DNA of 64,000 nt from Eledone cirrhosa (taxonomy: Eukaryota): contig OZ024744.1 in the NCBI GenBank assembly GCA_964016885.1, positions 132,122,001 to 132,186,000 on the forward strand, read 5' to 3'. The notes under the pieces were generated by a model that did no database searches, was not told the origin of the DNA, and saw only the letters and a program-made list of their open reading frames with translations. This document shows positions 46,287 to 58,385 of the stretch, in pieces. Within the stretch, counting starts at the first letter, position 1; each line of letters begins with the position of its first letter. Made by a program: the position numbers and the translations under genes.

Positions 46287-46599
46287 AACCCCAACTTAAC
46301 TTAACCCCAACTTAACTTAACCCCAACTTCACTCAACCCCAACTTAACTCAACCCCAACTTAAATTAACCCCAACTTAACTTAACCCTGACTTAACTTAA
46401 CCCCGACTTAACTTAACCCCGACTTAACTTAACCCCAACTTAACTTAGACCCCAACTTAACTTAACCCCAACTTAACTTAACCCCAACTTGACTTAACCC
46501 CAACTTAACTCACACCCAACTTAACTTACCCCCAACTTAACTTAACCACAACTTGACGTAAACCTAACTTAATTTAACCCCAACTTAACTTAACCCCAA
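46287..46599 (-). repeat. Inverted satellite tract, subtype I (two monomers shorter)
   Basis: GTTTAAGTGGGGTT|AACCCC start, GACGTAAA variant, GGAGTTCAG end. Confidence 0.93.
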
Positions 46600-47258
46600 A
46601 GTCGGAGTTCAGTTAAGTTGGGGTTCAGTTAAGTTAGGCTTAACTTAAGTTGGGGTTAAGTTAAGTTGGGGGTAAGTTAAGTTGGGGGTAAGTTAAGTTG
46701 GGGTTAAGTTAAGTTGGGGTTAAGTTGGGGTTAAGTTAAGTTAGGGTTAAGTTAAGTTGGGGTTGAGTTAAGTTGGGGTTAAGTTAAGTGGTGGTTATGT
46801 TAAGTTGGGGTTAAGTTAAGTTGGGGTTAAATTAAGTGGGGTTAACTTAAGTTGGGTGTAAGTTAAGTTGGGGTTGAGTGAAGTTGGGGTTAAGTTAAGT
46901 TGGGGTTAAGTTAAGTTAGGGTTAATTTAAGTTGGGGTTATGTTAAGTTGGTGTTAAGTTAAGTTGGGGTTAAGTCGAGTTGGGGTTAAGTTAAGTTGGA
47001 GTTAAGTTAAATTGGTGTTAAGTTAAGTTGGGGTTAAGTTAAGTTGGGGTTAGTTAAGTTGAGTTTAAGTTAAGTTGGGGTTAATTTAAGTTGGGGTTAA
47101 GTTAAGTTGGGGTTCAGTTAAGTTGGGGTTAAGTTAAGTTGGGGTTGAGTTAAGTTGTGGTTAAGTTAAGTTGGGGTTAGGTTAAGTTGGGGTTAAGTTA
47201 AGCTGGGGTTAAATTAAGTTGGGGTTAAGTTAAGTTGGGGTTAGGTTAAGTTGGGGTT

Positions 47259-47555
47259 AACCCCAACTTAACTTAACCCCAACTTAACTTAACCCCAACT
47301 TCACTCAACCCCAACTTAACTTAACCCCAACTTCACTCAACCCCAACTTAACTCAACCCCAACTTAACTTAACCCCAACTTAACTTAACCCTAACTTAAC
47401 TTAACCCCGACTTAAACTTAACCCCGACTTAACTTAACCCCAACTTAACTTAACCCCAACTTAACTTAACCCCAACTTAACTTAATCCCAACTTGACTTA
47501 ACCCCAACTTAACTCACACCCAACTTAACTTACCCCCAACTTAACTTAACCCCAA
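47259..47555 (-). repeat. Inverted satellite tract, subtype II
   Basis: Same diagnostic variants and junctions as 9765-10061. Confidence 0.93.
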
Positions 47556-50291
47556 AGTCGGAGTTAAGTTAAGTTGGGGTTAAGTTAAGTTAGGCTTAAC
47601 TTAAGTTGGGGTTAAGTTAAGTTGGGGGTAAGTTAAGTTGGGGGTAAGTTAAGTTGGGGTTAAGTTAAGTTGGGGTTAAGATAAGTGGTGGTTATGTTAA
47701 GTTGAGGTTAAGTTAAGTTAGGGTTAAATTAAGTTGGGGTTAAGTTAAGTTGGGTGTAAGTTAAGTTGGGGTTGAGTGAAGTTTGGGTTAAGTTAAGTTG
47801 GGGTTAAGTAGAGTTGGGGTTAAGTTAAGTTGGGGTTAAGTTGGGGTTAAGTTAAGTTGGGGTTAAGTTGGGGTTAAGTTAAGTGGTGGTTATGTTAAGT
47901 TGGGGTTAACTTAAGTTGGGGTTAATTTAAATTGGGGTTAAGTTAACTTTGTGGTTAAGTTAAGTTGGGGTTAAGTTAAGTTGGGGTTAAATTAAGTTGG
48001 GGTTGAGTGAAGTTGGGGTTAAGTTAAGTTGGGGTTAAGTTAAGTTGGGGTTAACTTAAGTTGGGTTTAAGTTAAGTTGCGGTTAAGTTAAGTTGGGGTT
48101 AAGTTAAGTTGGGGTTAAGTTAAGTCGGGGTTAATTTAAGTTGGGGTTGAGTTAAGTTGGGGTTAATTTAAGTTGAGGTTATGTTAAGTTGGGGTTAATT
48201 TAAGTTGGGGTTAAGTTAAGTTGGGGTTAAGTTAAGTTGGGGTTAATTTAAGTTGGGATTAAGTTCAGTTGGGGTTAAATTAAGTTGGGGTTAAGTTAAG
48301 CTGGGGTTAAATTAAGTTGGGGTTAAGTTAAGTTGGGGTTAAGTTAAGTTGGGGTTAAGTTAAGTTAGGGTTAATTTAAGTTGGGGTTATGTTAAGTTGG
48401 GGTTAAGTTAAGTTGGGGTTAAGTCGAGTTGGGGTTAAGTTAAGTTGGGGTTAGTTAAGTTGAGTTTAAGTTAAGTTGGGGTTAATTTAAGTTGGGGTTA
48501 AGTTAAGTTGGGGTTCAGTTAAGTTGGGGTTAAGTTAAGTTGGGGTTAAGTTAAGTTGGTTTAAGTTAAGTTGGGGTTAGGTTAAGTTGGGGATAAGTTA
48601 AGTTGGGGATAAGCTAAGTTGGGGTTAAGTTAAGTTGGGTTTAAGTTAAGTTGGGGTTAAGTTAAGTTAGGCTTAACTTAAGTTGGGGTTAAGTTAAGTT
48701 GGGGGTAAATTAAGTTGGGGGTAAGTTAAGTTGGGGTTAAGTTAAGTTGGGGTTAAGTTAAGTGGTGGTTATGTTAAGTTGGGGTTAAGTTAAGTTGGGG
48801 TTAAATTAAGTTGGGGTTAAGTTATGTTGGGTGTAAGTTAAGTTGGGGTTGAGTGAAGTTGGGGTTAAGTTAAGTTGGGGTTAAGTTAAGTTAGGGTTAA
48901 GTAGAGTTGGGGTTAAGTTAAGTTGGGGTTAAGTTAAGTTGGTGTTAAGTTGGGGTTAAGTTAAGTTGGGGTTAAGTTAAGTCGGGGTTAAGTTAAGTTG
49001 GGGTTGAGTTAAGTTGGGGTTAATTTAAGTTGAGGTTATGTTAAGTTGGGGTTAATTTAAGTTGGGGTTAATTTAAGTTGGGGTTAAGTTAAGTTGGGGT
49101 TAAGTTGAGGTTAAGTTAAGTTGTGGTTAAGTTAAGTTGGTGCTAAGTTAAGTTGGGGCTAAGTTAAGTTGGGGCTAAGTTAAGTTGGGGTTAAGTTAAG
49201 TTGGGGTTAAGTTAAGTTCGGTTTAATTTAAGTTGGGGTCAACTTAAGTTGGGGTTAAGTTGAGTTGGGGTTAAATTAAGTTGGGGTTAATTTAAGTTGG
49301 GGCTAAGTTAAGTTGGGGCTGAGTTAAGTTGGGGTTAAGTTAATTTTGGGTTAAGTTAAGTTGTGGTTCAGTTAAGTTGGGGTTAAGTTAAGTTTGGGTT
49401 AATTTGGGGTTAAATTAAGTTGGGGTTAAGTTAAGTTGGGGTTAAGTTAAGTTGGGGTTAAGTTAAGTTGGGCTTAATTTAAGTTGGGGTTAAGTTAAGT
49501 CGGGGTTAAGTTAAGTCGGTGTTAAGTTAAGTTAGGGTTAAGTTAAGTTGGGGTTAAGTTAAGTTGGCTTTAAGTTAAGCTGGGGTTAAGTTAAGTTGGG
49601 GTTAAATTAAGTTGGGGTTAAGTTAAGTTGGGGTTAGGTTAAGTTTGGGTTAGGTTAAGTTGGGGTTAAATTAAGTTGGGGTTAAGTTAAGTTGGGGTTA
49701 AGTTAAGTTGGGGTTAGGTTAAGTTGGGGATAAGTTAAGTTGGGGATAATTTAAGTTGGGGTTAAGTTAAGTTGGGTTTAAGTTAAGCTGGGGTTAAGTT
49801 AAGTTGGGGTTAAATTAAGTTGGGGTTAAGTTAAGTTGGGGTTAAGTTAAGTTTGGGTTAGGTTAAGTTGGGGATTAGTTAAGTTGGGGATAAGTTAAGT
49901 TGGGGTTAAGTTAAGTTGGGTTTAAGTTAAGTTGTGGTTAAGTTAAGTTGGGGTTAAGTTAAGTTGGGGGTTAAGTTAAGTTGGGGTTAGTTAAGTTTAG
50001 TTTAAGTTAAGTTGGGGTTAATTTAAGTTGGGGTTAAGTTAAGTTGGGGTTCAGTTAAGTTGGGGATAAGTCAAGTTGGGGTTAAGTTAAGTTGGGGTTA
50101 AGTTAAGTTGGGGTTAGGTTAAGTTGGGGATAAGTTAAGTTGGGGATAAGCTAAGTTGGGGTTAAGTTAAGTTGGGTTTAAGTTAAGTTGGGGTTAAGTT
50201 AAGTTGGGGTTAAATTAAGTTGGAGATAAGTTAAGCTGGGGTTAAATTAAGTTGGGGTTAAGTTAAGTTGGGGTTAGGTTAAGTTGGGGTT

Positions 50292-50587
50292 AACCCCAAC
50301 TTAACTTAACCCCAACTTAACTTAGCCCCAACTTCACTCAACCCCAACTTAACTTAACCCCAACTTCACTCAACCCCAACTTAACTCAACCCCAACTTAA
50401 GTTAACCCCAACTTAACTTAACCCTAACTTAACTTAACCCCGACTTAACTTAACCCCGACTTAACTTAACCCCAACTTAACTTAACCCCAACTTAACTTA
50501 ACCCCAACTTAACTTAATCCCAACTTGACTTAACCCCAACTTAACTCACACCCAACTTAACTTACCCCCAACTTAACTTAACCCCAA
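50292..50587 (-). repeat. Inverted satellite tract, subtype III
   Basis: TTAGCCCC variant and AAAATCGGAGTTACG end. Confidence 0.93.
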
Positions 50588-53500
50588 AATCGGAGTTACG
50601 TTAAGTTGGGGTTAAGTTAAGTTAGGCTTAACTTAAGTTGGGCTTAAGTTAAGTTGGGGGTAAGTTAAGTTGGGGGTAAGTTAAGTTGGGGTTAATTTAA
50701 GTTGGGGTTAAGTTAAGTGGTGGTTATGTTAAGTTGGGGTTAAGTTAAGTTGGGGTTAAATTAAGTTGGGGTTAAGTTAAGTTGGGTGTAAGTTAAGTTG
50801 GGGTTGAGTGAAGTTGGGGTTAAGTTAAGTTGGGGTTAAGTAGAGTTGGGGTTAAGTTAAGTTGGGGTTAAGTTAAGTTGGTGTTAAGTTGGGGTTAAGT
50901 TAAGTTGGGGTTAAGTTGGGGTTAAGTTAAGTGGTGGTTATGTTAAGTTGGGGTTAACTTAAGTTGGGGTTAATTTAAATTGGGGTTAAGTTAACTTTGT
51001 GGTTAAGTTAAGTTGGGGTTAAGTTAAGTTGGGGTTAAGTTAAGTTGGGGTTGAGGGAAGTTGGGGTTAAGTTAAGTTGGGGTTAACTTAAGTTGGGTTT
51101 AAGTTAAGTTGCGGTTAAGTTAAGTTGGGGTTAAGTTAAGTTGGGGTTAAGTTAAGTCGGGGTTAAGTTAAGTTGGGTTTGATTTAAGTTGGGGTTAATT
51201 TAAGTTGAGGTTATGTTAAGTTGGGGTTAATTTAAGTTGGGGTTAAGTTAAGTTGGGGTTAAGTTAAGTTGGGGTTAATTTAAGTTGGGGTTAAGTTCAG
51301 TTGGGGTTAATTTAAGTTGGGGTTAAGTTAAGTTGGGTTTAAGTTAAGTTGGGGTTAAATTAAGTTGGGGTTAAATTAAGTTGGGGTTAAGTTAAGTTGG
51401 GGTTAGGTTAAGTTGGGGATAAGTTAAGTTGGGGATAAGCTAAGTTGGGGTTAAGTTAAGTTGGGTTTAAGTTAAGTTGGGGTTAAGTTAAGTCGGGGTT
51501 ATGTTAAGTCGGTGTTAAGTTAAGTTAGGGTTAAGTTAAGTTGGGGTTAAGTTAAGTTGGGGTTGAGTTAAGTTGGGGTTGAGTTAAATTGGGGTTGAGT
51601 TAAGTTGGGGTTAAGTTAAGTTGGGGTTAAGTTAAGTTGGGGTTGAGTTAAGTTGGGGTTACTTCAAGTTGGGGCTAAGTTAAGTTGGGGCTGAGTTAAG
51701 TTGGGTGTACGTTAAGTTGGGGTTGACTGAAGTTGGGGTTAAGTTAAGTTGGGGTTATGTTAAGTTGGGGTTAAGTTAAGTTGGGGTTAAGTAGAGTTGG
51801 GGTTAATTTAAGTTGGGGTTAAGTTAAGTTGGTGTTAAGTTGGGGGTAATTTAAGTGGTGGTTATGTTAAGTTGGGGTTAAGTTAAGTTGGGGTTAATTT
51901 AAATTGGGGTTAAGTTAAATTTGTGGTTAAGTTAAGTTGGAGTTAAGTTAAGTTGGAGTTAAGTTAAGTTGGGGTTGAGTGAAGTTGGGGTTAAGTTAAG
52001 TTGGGGTTAACTTAAGTTGGGTTTGAGTTAAGTTGCGGTTAAGTTAAGTTGGGGTTAAGTTAAGTTGGGGTTAAGTTAAGTCGGGGTTAATTTAAGTTGG
52101 GGTTAAGTTAAGTTGGGGTTAATTTAAGTTGGGGTTAAGTTAAGTTTAGGTTAAGTTAAGTTGGGGTTAAATTAAGTTGGGGTTAAGTTAAGTTGGGGTT
52201 AAGTTAAGTTGCGGTTAGGTTAAGTTGGGGATAAGTTAAGTTGGGGATAAGTTAAGTTGGGGTTAAGTTAAGTTGGGTTTAAGTTAAGTTGGGGTTAAGT
52301 TAAGTTGGGGTTTAATTAAGTTGGGGTTGAGTTAAGTTGGGGTTGACTTAAGTTGGGCTTAAGTTAAGTTGGGGTTAAGTTAAGATGTGGTTAAGTTAAG
52401 TTGGGGTTAAGTTAAGTTGGGGTTAAATTAAGTTGGGGTTAAGTTAAGTTGGGGGTAAGGTAAGTTGGTGGTAAGTTAAGTTGGGGGTAAGTTAAGATGG
52501 GGCTAAGTTAAGTTGGGGTTAAGTTAATTTGGGGTTAAGTTAAGTTAGGGTTAAGTTAAGTTGGGGTTGACTTAAGTTGGGGTTAAGTTAAGTTGGGGTT
52601 ATGTTAAGTTGGGTTTAAGTTAAGTTGGGGTTAAGTTAAGTTGGGGTTAAGTTAAGTTGGGGTTAAGTTAAGTTGGGGTTAAGTTAAGTTGGGGTTAAAT
52701 TAAGTTGGGGTTAAGTTAAGTTGGGGTTAAATTAAGTTGGGGTTAATTTAAGTTGGGGGTTAAGATAAGTTGGGGTTAAGTTAAGTTGGGGTTAAATTAA
52801 GTTGGGGTTAAGTTAAGTTGGGGTTAATTTAAGTTGGGGTTAAGTTAAGTTGGGGTTGAGTTAAGTTGGGGGTAAGTTAAGTTGGGGGTAAGTTAAGTTG
52901 GGTGTAAGTTAAGATGGGGTTAAGTTAAGTTGGGGTTAAGTTATTTTGGGGTTAAGTTAAGTTGGGAGTAAGTTAAGTTGGTGATAAGTTAAGTTGGGGG
53001 TAAGTTAAGTTGGGGTTAAGTTAAGTTGGGTTAAGTTGGGGTTAAGTTAAGTTAGGGTTAAGTTAAGTTGGGGTTAAGATAAGTTGGGGTTAAGTTAAGT
53101 TGGGGTTGAGTTAAGTTGGGGTTGAGTTAATTTGGGGTTAAGTTAAGTTGGGGTTAACTTAATTTGGGTTTAATTTAAGTTGGGGTTAAGTTAAGTTGGG
53201 GTTAAATTAAGTTGGGATTAAGTTAAGTTGGGTGTACGTTAAGTTGGGGTTGACTGAAGTTGGGGTTAAGTTAAGTTGGGGTTAAGTAGAGTTGGGGTTA
53301 ATTTAAGTTGGGGTTAAGTTGGGGTTAAGTTAAGTTGGGGTTAAGTTGGGGTTAAGTTAAGTGGTGGTTATGTTAAGTTGGGGTTAAGTTAAGTTGGGGT
53401 TAATTTAAATTGGGGTTAAGTTAACTTTGTGGTTAAGTTAAGTTGGAGTTAAGTTAAGTTGGGGTTAAGTTAAGTTGGGGTTGAGTGAAGTTGGGGTTAA

Positions 53501-55524
53501 TTTAAGTTGGGGTTCAGTTAAGTTGGGGTTAAGTTAAGTTGGGGTTGAGTTAAGTTGGGGTTAAGTTAAGTTGGGGTTAAGTTAAGTTGGGTTTAAGTTA
53601 AGTTGGGGTTAAATTAAGTTGGGGTTAAATTAAAGTGGGGTTAAGTTAAGTTGGGGGTAAGTTAAGTTGGGGGCAAGTTAAGTTGGTGTTAAGTTAAGTT
53701 GGGGTTAAGTTAAGTTGGGGTTAAGTTAAGTTGGGTTAAATTAAGTTGGGACTAAGTTAAGTTAGGGCTAAGTTCAGTTGGGGTAAAGTTAAGTTGGGGC
53801 TAAGTTAAGTTGGGTATAAGTTGAGTTGGGGTTAAGTTAAGTTGGGGTTAATTAAGTTGGGGTTAAGTTAAGTTGGGGTTAAGTTAAGTTGGGGTTAATT
53901 TAAGTTGGGGTTGTGTTAATTTGGGGTTAAGTTAAGTTGGGGTTATATTAAGTTGGGTTTAAGTTAAGTTGGGGTTAAGTTAAGTTGGGGTTAAGTTAAG
54001 TTAGGGTTAATTTAAGTTGGGGTTATGTTAAGTTGGGGTTAAGTTAAGTTGGGGTTAAGTAGAGTTGGGGTTAATTTAAGTTGGGGTTAAGTTAAGTTGG
54101 TGTTAAGTTGGGGTTAAGTTAAGTTGGGGTTAAGTTGGGGTTAAGTTGAGTGGTGGTTATGTTAAGTTGGGGTTAAGTTAAGTTGGGGTTAATTTAAATT
54201 GGGGTTAAGTTAACTTTGTGGTTAAGTTAAGTTGGAGTTAAGTTAAGTTGGGGTTAAGTTATGTTGGGGTTGAGTGAAGTTGGGGTTAAGTTAAGTTGGG
54301 GTTAACTTAAGTTGGGGTTAAGTTAAGTTGGGGTTAAATTAAGTTGGGGTTAAATTAAGGTGGGGTTAAGTTAAGTTGGGGGTAAGTTAAGTTGGGGGCA
54401 AGTTAAGTTGGTGTTAAGTTAAGTTGGGGTTAAGTTAAGTTGGGGTTAAGTTAAGTTGGGTTTAAGTTAAGTTGGGACTAAGTTAAGTTAGGGCTAAGTT
54501 AAGTTGGGGTTAAGTTAAGTTGGGGCTAAGTTAAGTTGGGTCTAAGTTGAGTTGGGGTTAAGTTAAGTTGGGGTTAAGTTAAGTTGGGGTTAAATTAAGT
54601 TGGGGTTAATTAAGTTGGGGTTAAGTTAAGTTGGGGTTAAGTTAAGTTGGGGTTAATTTAAGTTGGGGTTGTGTTAAGTTGGGGTTAAGTTAAGTTGGGG
54701 ATAAGTTAAGTTGGGGTTAAGTTAAGTTGGGGGTAAGTTAAGTTGGTGGTAAGTTAAGTTGGGGTTAAGTTAAGTTGGGGTTAATTTAAATTGGGGTTAA
54801 TTTAACTTTGTGGTTAAGTTAAGTTGGGGTTTATTTAAGTTGGGTTTAAGTTAAGTTGGGGTTGAGTTAAGTTGGGGTTGAGTGAAGTTGGGGTTAAGTT
54901 AAGTCGGGGTTAATTTAAGTTGGGGTTGAGTTAAGTCGGGGTTAATTTAAGTTGGGGCTAAGTTAATTTGTGGTTAAGTTAAGTTGGGGTTAAGTTAAGT
55001 TGGGGTTAAGTTAAGTTGGGGGTAAGTTAAGTTGGGGGCAAGTTAAGTTGGGGTTAAGTTAAGTTGCGGTTAAGTTAAGTTGGGGTTAAGTTAAGTTGGG
55101 TTTAAGTTAAGTTGGGGTTCAGTTAAGTTGGGGTTAAGTTAAGTTGGGGTTAAGTTAAGTTGGGGTTGAGTTAAGTTGGGGTTTAATTAAGTTGGGGTTG
55201 AGTTAAGTTGGGGTTGAGTTAAGTGGGGGTTGAGTTAAGTTGGGGTTAAGCTAAGTTGGGGTTAAGTTAAATTGAGGTTAAGTTAACTTGGGTTTGAGTT
55301 AAGTTGGGGTTAAGTTAAGTTGGTGTTAAGTTCAGTTCAGGTTAAGTTAACTTGGGGTTAAGTTAAGTTGGGGTTGAGTTAAGTTGGGGTTGAGTTAAAT
55401 TGGGGTTAAGTTAAGTTGGGGTTAACTTAAGTTGGGGTTAAGTTAAGTTGGGGTTAATTTAAGTTGGGGTTCAGTTAAATTGAGGTTAAGATAACTTGGG
55501 TTTGCGTTAAGATGGGGTTAAGTT

Positions 55525-57145
55525 AGGTTTTTCGAAAACCTTATATAATCATTTTTATTTAGGTTCTTCGAAACACCTTATATAATCAATTTTTTTAGGT
55601 TTTTCGAAAAACCTTATATAATCAATTTTTTAATACTTTTAGAAATATTTATATATGATTTCAAATATTGATTTTATTAGGTTTTTGGAATAATCAATTT
55701 TTTTTACGTTTTTCGAAAAATGTTATATAATCAATTTTTTTTAGGTTTTTCGAATCAATTCAATTTTTATAATCAAATATTTTTAGGTTTTTAGAAAAAC
55801 CTTATATAATCAAATTTTTTTAGGTTTTTCGAAAAACCTTATATAATTAATTTTTTTATACTTTTAGAAATATTTATATCTGATTTCAAATATTGGATTT
55901 TTTAGGTTTTTCGATAATCAATTTTTTTTAGATTTTTCGAAAAATCTTATATAATCAATTTTTTTACGTTTTTAGAAAGACCTTATATAATCAATTTTTT
56001 TATACTTTTAGAAATATTTATATCTGATTTCAAATATTGATTTTTTTTTTAGGTTTTTCGAAATACCTTATATAATCAATTTTTTTTAGGTTTTTCAAAT
56101 TACTTTATATAATCAATTTTTTTTATCTGATTTCAAATATTGATTTTTTTAGCTTTTTCGACAAAATCTTATATAATCATTTTTTTTTAGGTTTTTCGAA
56201 AAAGAATGAATTTGAGTTCATAGTCGAAATATATACTTCTGCATTAATCTTTTTACGTTTTTTTGATTTTTTTTAAAAAAACGTAAAAAATTAATGCTTT
56301 TACAAATCTTTTGAAATATTTACTTTCTAGTTTCAAATTTTGCAGATTAAATTTTTCTCGAAAAACCTAAAAAATCAGTTGTCGAAATCAGAAGTTAATA
56401 TTTCGAAAAACGCAATTTGAAAAACTCATATTAATTTTTTTTCGAAAACATTATATAATCAATTTTTTAGAAATATTTATATCTGATTTCAAATATTGAT
56501 TTTTTTAGGTTTTTCGAAAACCCTATATAATCAATTTTTTTGTACTTTTAGAAATATCTATATCTGATTTCATGTATTGATTTTTTTATATTTTTCGAAA
56601 AATCTTATATAATCAATTTTTTTACGTTTTTAGAAAAACCTTATATAATCAATTTTTTTTAGGTTTTTCGAAAAACCTTATATAATCAATTTTTTTATGT
56701 TTTTTCGAAAAATCTTATATAATCAATTTTTTTACGTTTTTAGAAATATTTATATCTGATTTCAAATATTGATTTTTTTTTAGATTTTTCGAAATACCTT
56801 ATATAATCAATTTTTTTTAGGTTTTTCAAATTACCTTATATAATCAATTTTTTTTATCTGATTTCAAATATTGATTTTTTTAGCTTTTTCGACAAAATCT
56901 TATATAATCAATTTTTTTTAGGTTTTTCGAAAAAGAATGAATTTGAGTTCATAGTCGAAATATATACTTCTGCATTTTTACGTTTTTTTGATTTTTTTTA
57001 AAAAAACGTAAAAAATTAATGCTTTTACAAATCTTTTGAAATATTTACTTTCTAGTTTCAAATTTTGCAGATTAAATTTTTCTCGAAAAACCTAAAAAAT
57101 CAGTTGTCGAAATCAGAAGTTAATATTTCGAAAAACGCAATTTGA
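55525..57145. repeat. AT-rich block A6 (3'-truncated, fused to inversion subtype I)
   Basis: Near-identical to A5 at offset 13820 until ...CGCAATTTGA|CTTAACCCC. Confidence 0.95.
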
Positions 57146-57461
57146 CTTAACCCCAACTTCACTCAACCCCAACTTAAATTAACCCCAACTTCACTCAACC
57201 CCAACTTAACTCAACCCCAACTTAAATTAACCCCAACTTAACTTAACCCTGACTTAACTTAACCCCGACTTAACTTAACCCCGACTTAACTTAACCCCAA
57301 CTTAACTTAAACCCCAACTTAACTTAACCCCAACTTAACTTAACCCCAACTTGACTTAACCCCAACTTAACTCACACCCAACTTAACTTACCCCCAACTT
57401 AACTTAACCACAACTTGACGTAAACCCAACTTAACTTAACCCCAACTTAACTTAACCCCAA
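57146..57461 (-). repeat. Inverted satellite tract, subtype I, lacking its palindromic start
   Basis: GACGTAAA variant and GGAGTTCAG end; begins directly from the AT block. Confidence 0.92.
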
Positions 57462-58088
57462 AGTCGGAGTTCAGTTAAGTTGGGGTTCAGTTAAGTTAGG
57501 CTTAACTTAAGTTGGGGTTAAGTTAAGTTGGGGGTAAGTTAAGTTGGGGATAAGTTAAGTTGGGGTTAAGTTAAGTTGGGGTTAAGTTGGGGTTAAGTTA
57601 AGTTAGGGTTAAGTTAAGTTGGGGTTGAGTTAAGTTGGGGTTAAGTTAAGTGGTGGTTATGTTAAGTTGGGGTTAAGTTAAGTTGGGGTTAAATTAAGTG
57701 GGGTTAACTTAAGTTGGGTGTAAGTTAAGTTGGGGTTGAGTGAAGTTGGGGTTAAGTTAAGTTGGGGTTAAGTTAAGTTGGTGTTAAGTTAAATTGGGGT
57801 TAAGTCGAGTTGGGGTTAAGTTAAGTTGGGGTTAAGTTAAATTGGTGTTAAGTTAAGTTGGGGTTAAGTTAAGTTGGGGTTAGTTAAGTTGAGTTTAAGT
57901 TAAGTTGGGGTTAATTTAAGTTGGGGTTAATTTAAGTTGCGGTTCAGTTAAGTTGGGGTTAAGTTAAGTTGGGGTTGAGTTAAGTTGTGGTTAAGTTAAG
58001 TTGGGGTTAGGTTAAGTTGGGGTTAAGTTAAGCTGGGGTTAAATTAAGTTGGGGTTAAGTTAAGTTGGGGTTAGGTTAAGTTGGGGTT

Positions 58089-58385
58089 AACCCCAACTTA
58101 ACTTAACCCCAACTTAACTTAACCCCAACTTCACTCAACCCCAACTTAACTTAACCCCAACTTCACTCAACCCCAACTTAACTCAACCCCAACTTAACTT
58201 AACCCCAACTTAACTTAACCCTAACTTAACTTAACCCCGACTTAAACTTAACCCCGACTTAACTTAACCCCAACTTAACTTAACCCCAACTTAACTTAAC
58301 CCCAACTTAACTTAATCCCAACTTGACTTAACCCCAACTTAACTCACACCCAACTTAACTTACCCCCAACTTAACTTAACCCCAA
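58089..58385 (-). repeat. Inverted satellite tract, subtype II
   Basis: GGGGTT|AACCCC start, CTTAAACTT variant, AAAGTCGGAG end. Confidence 0.93.
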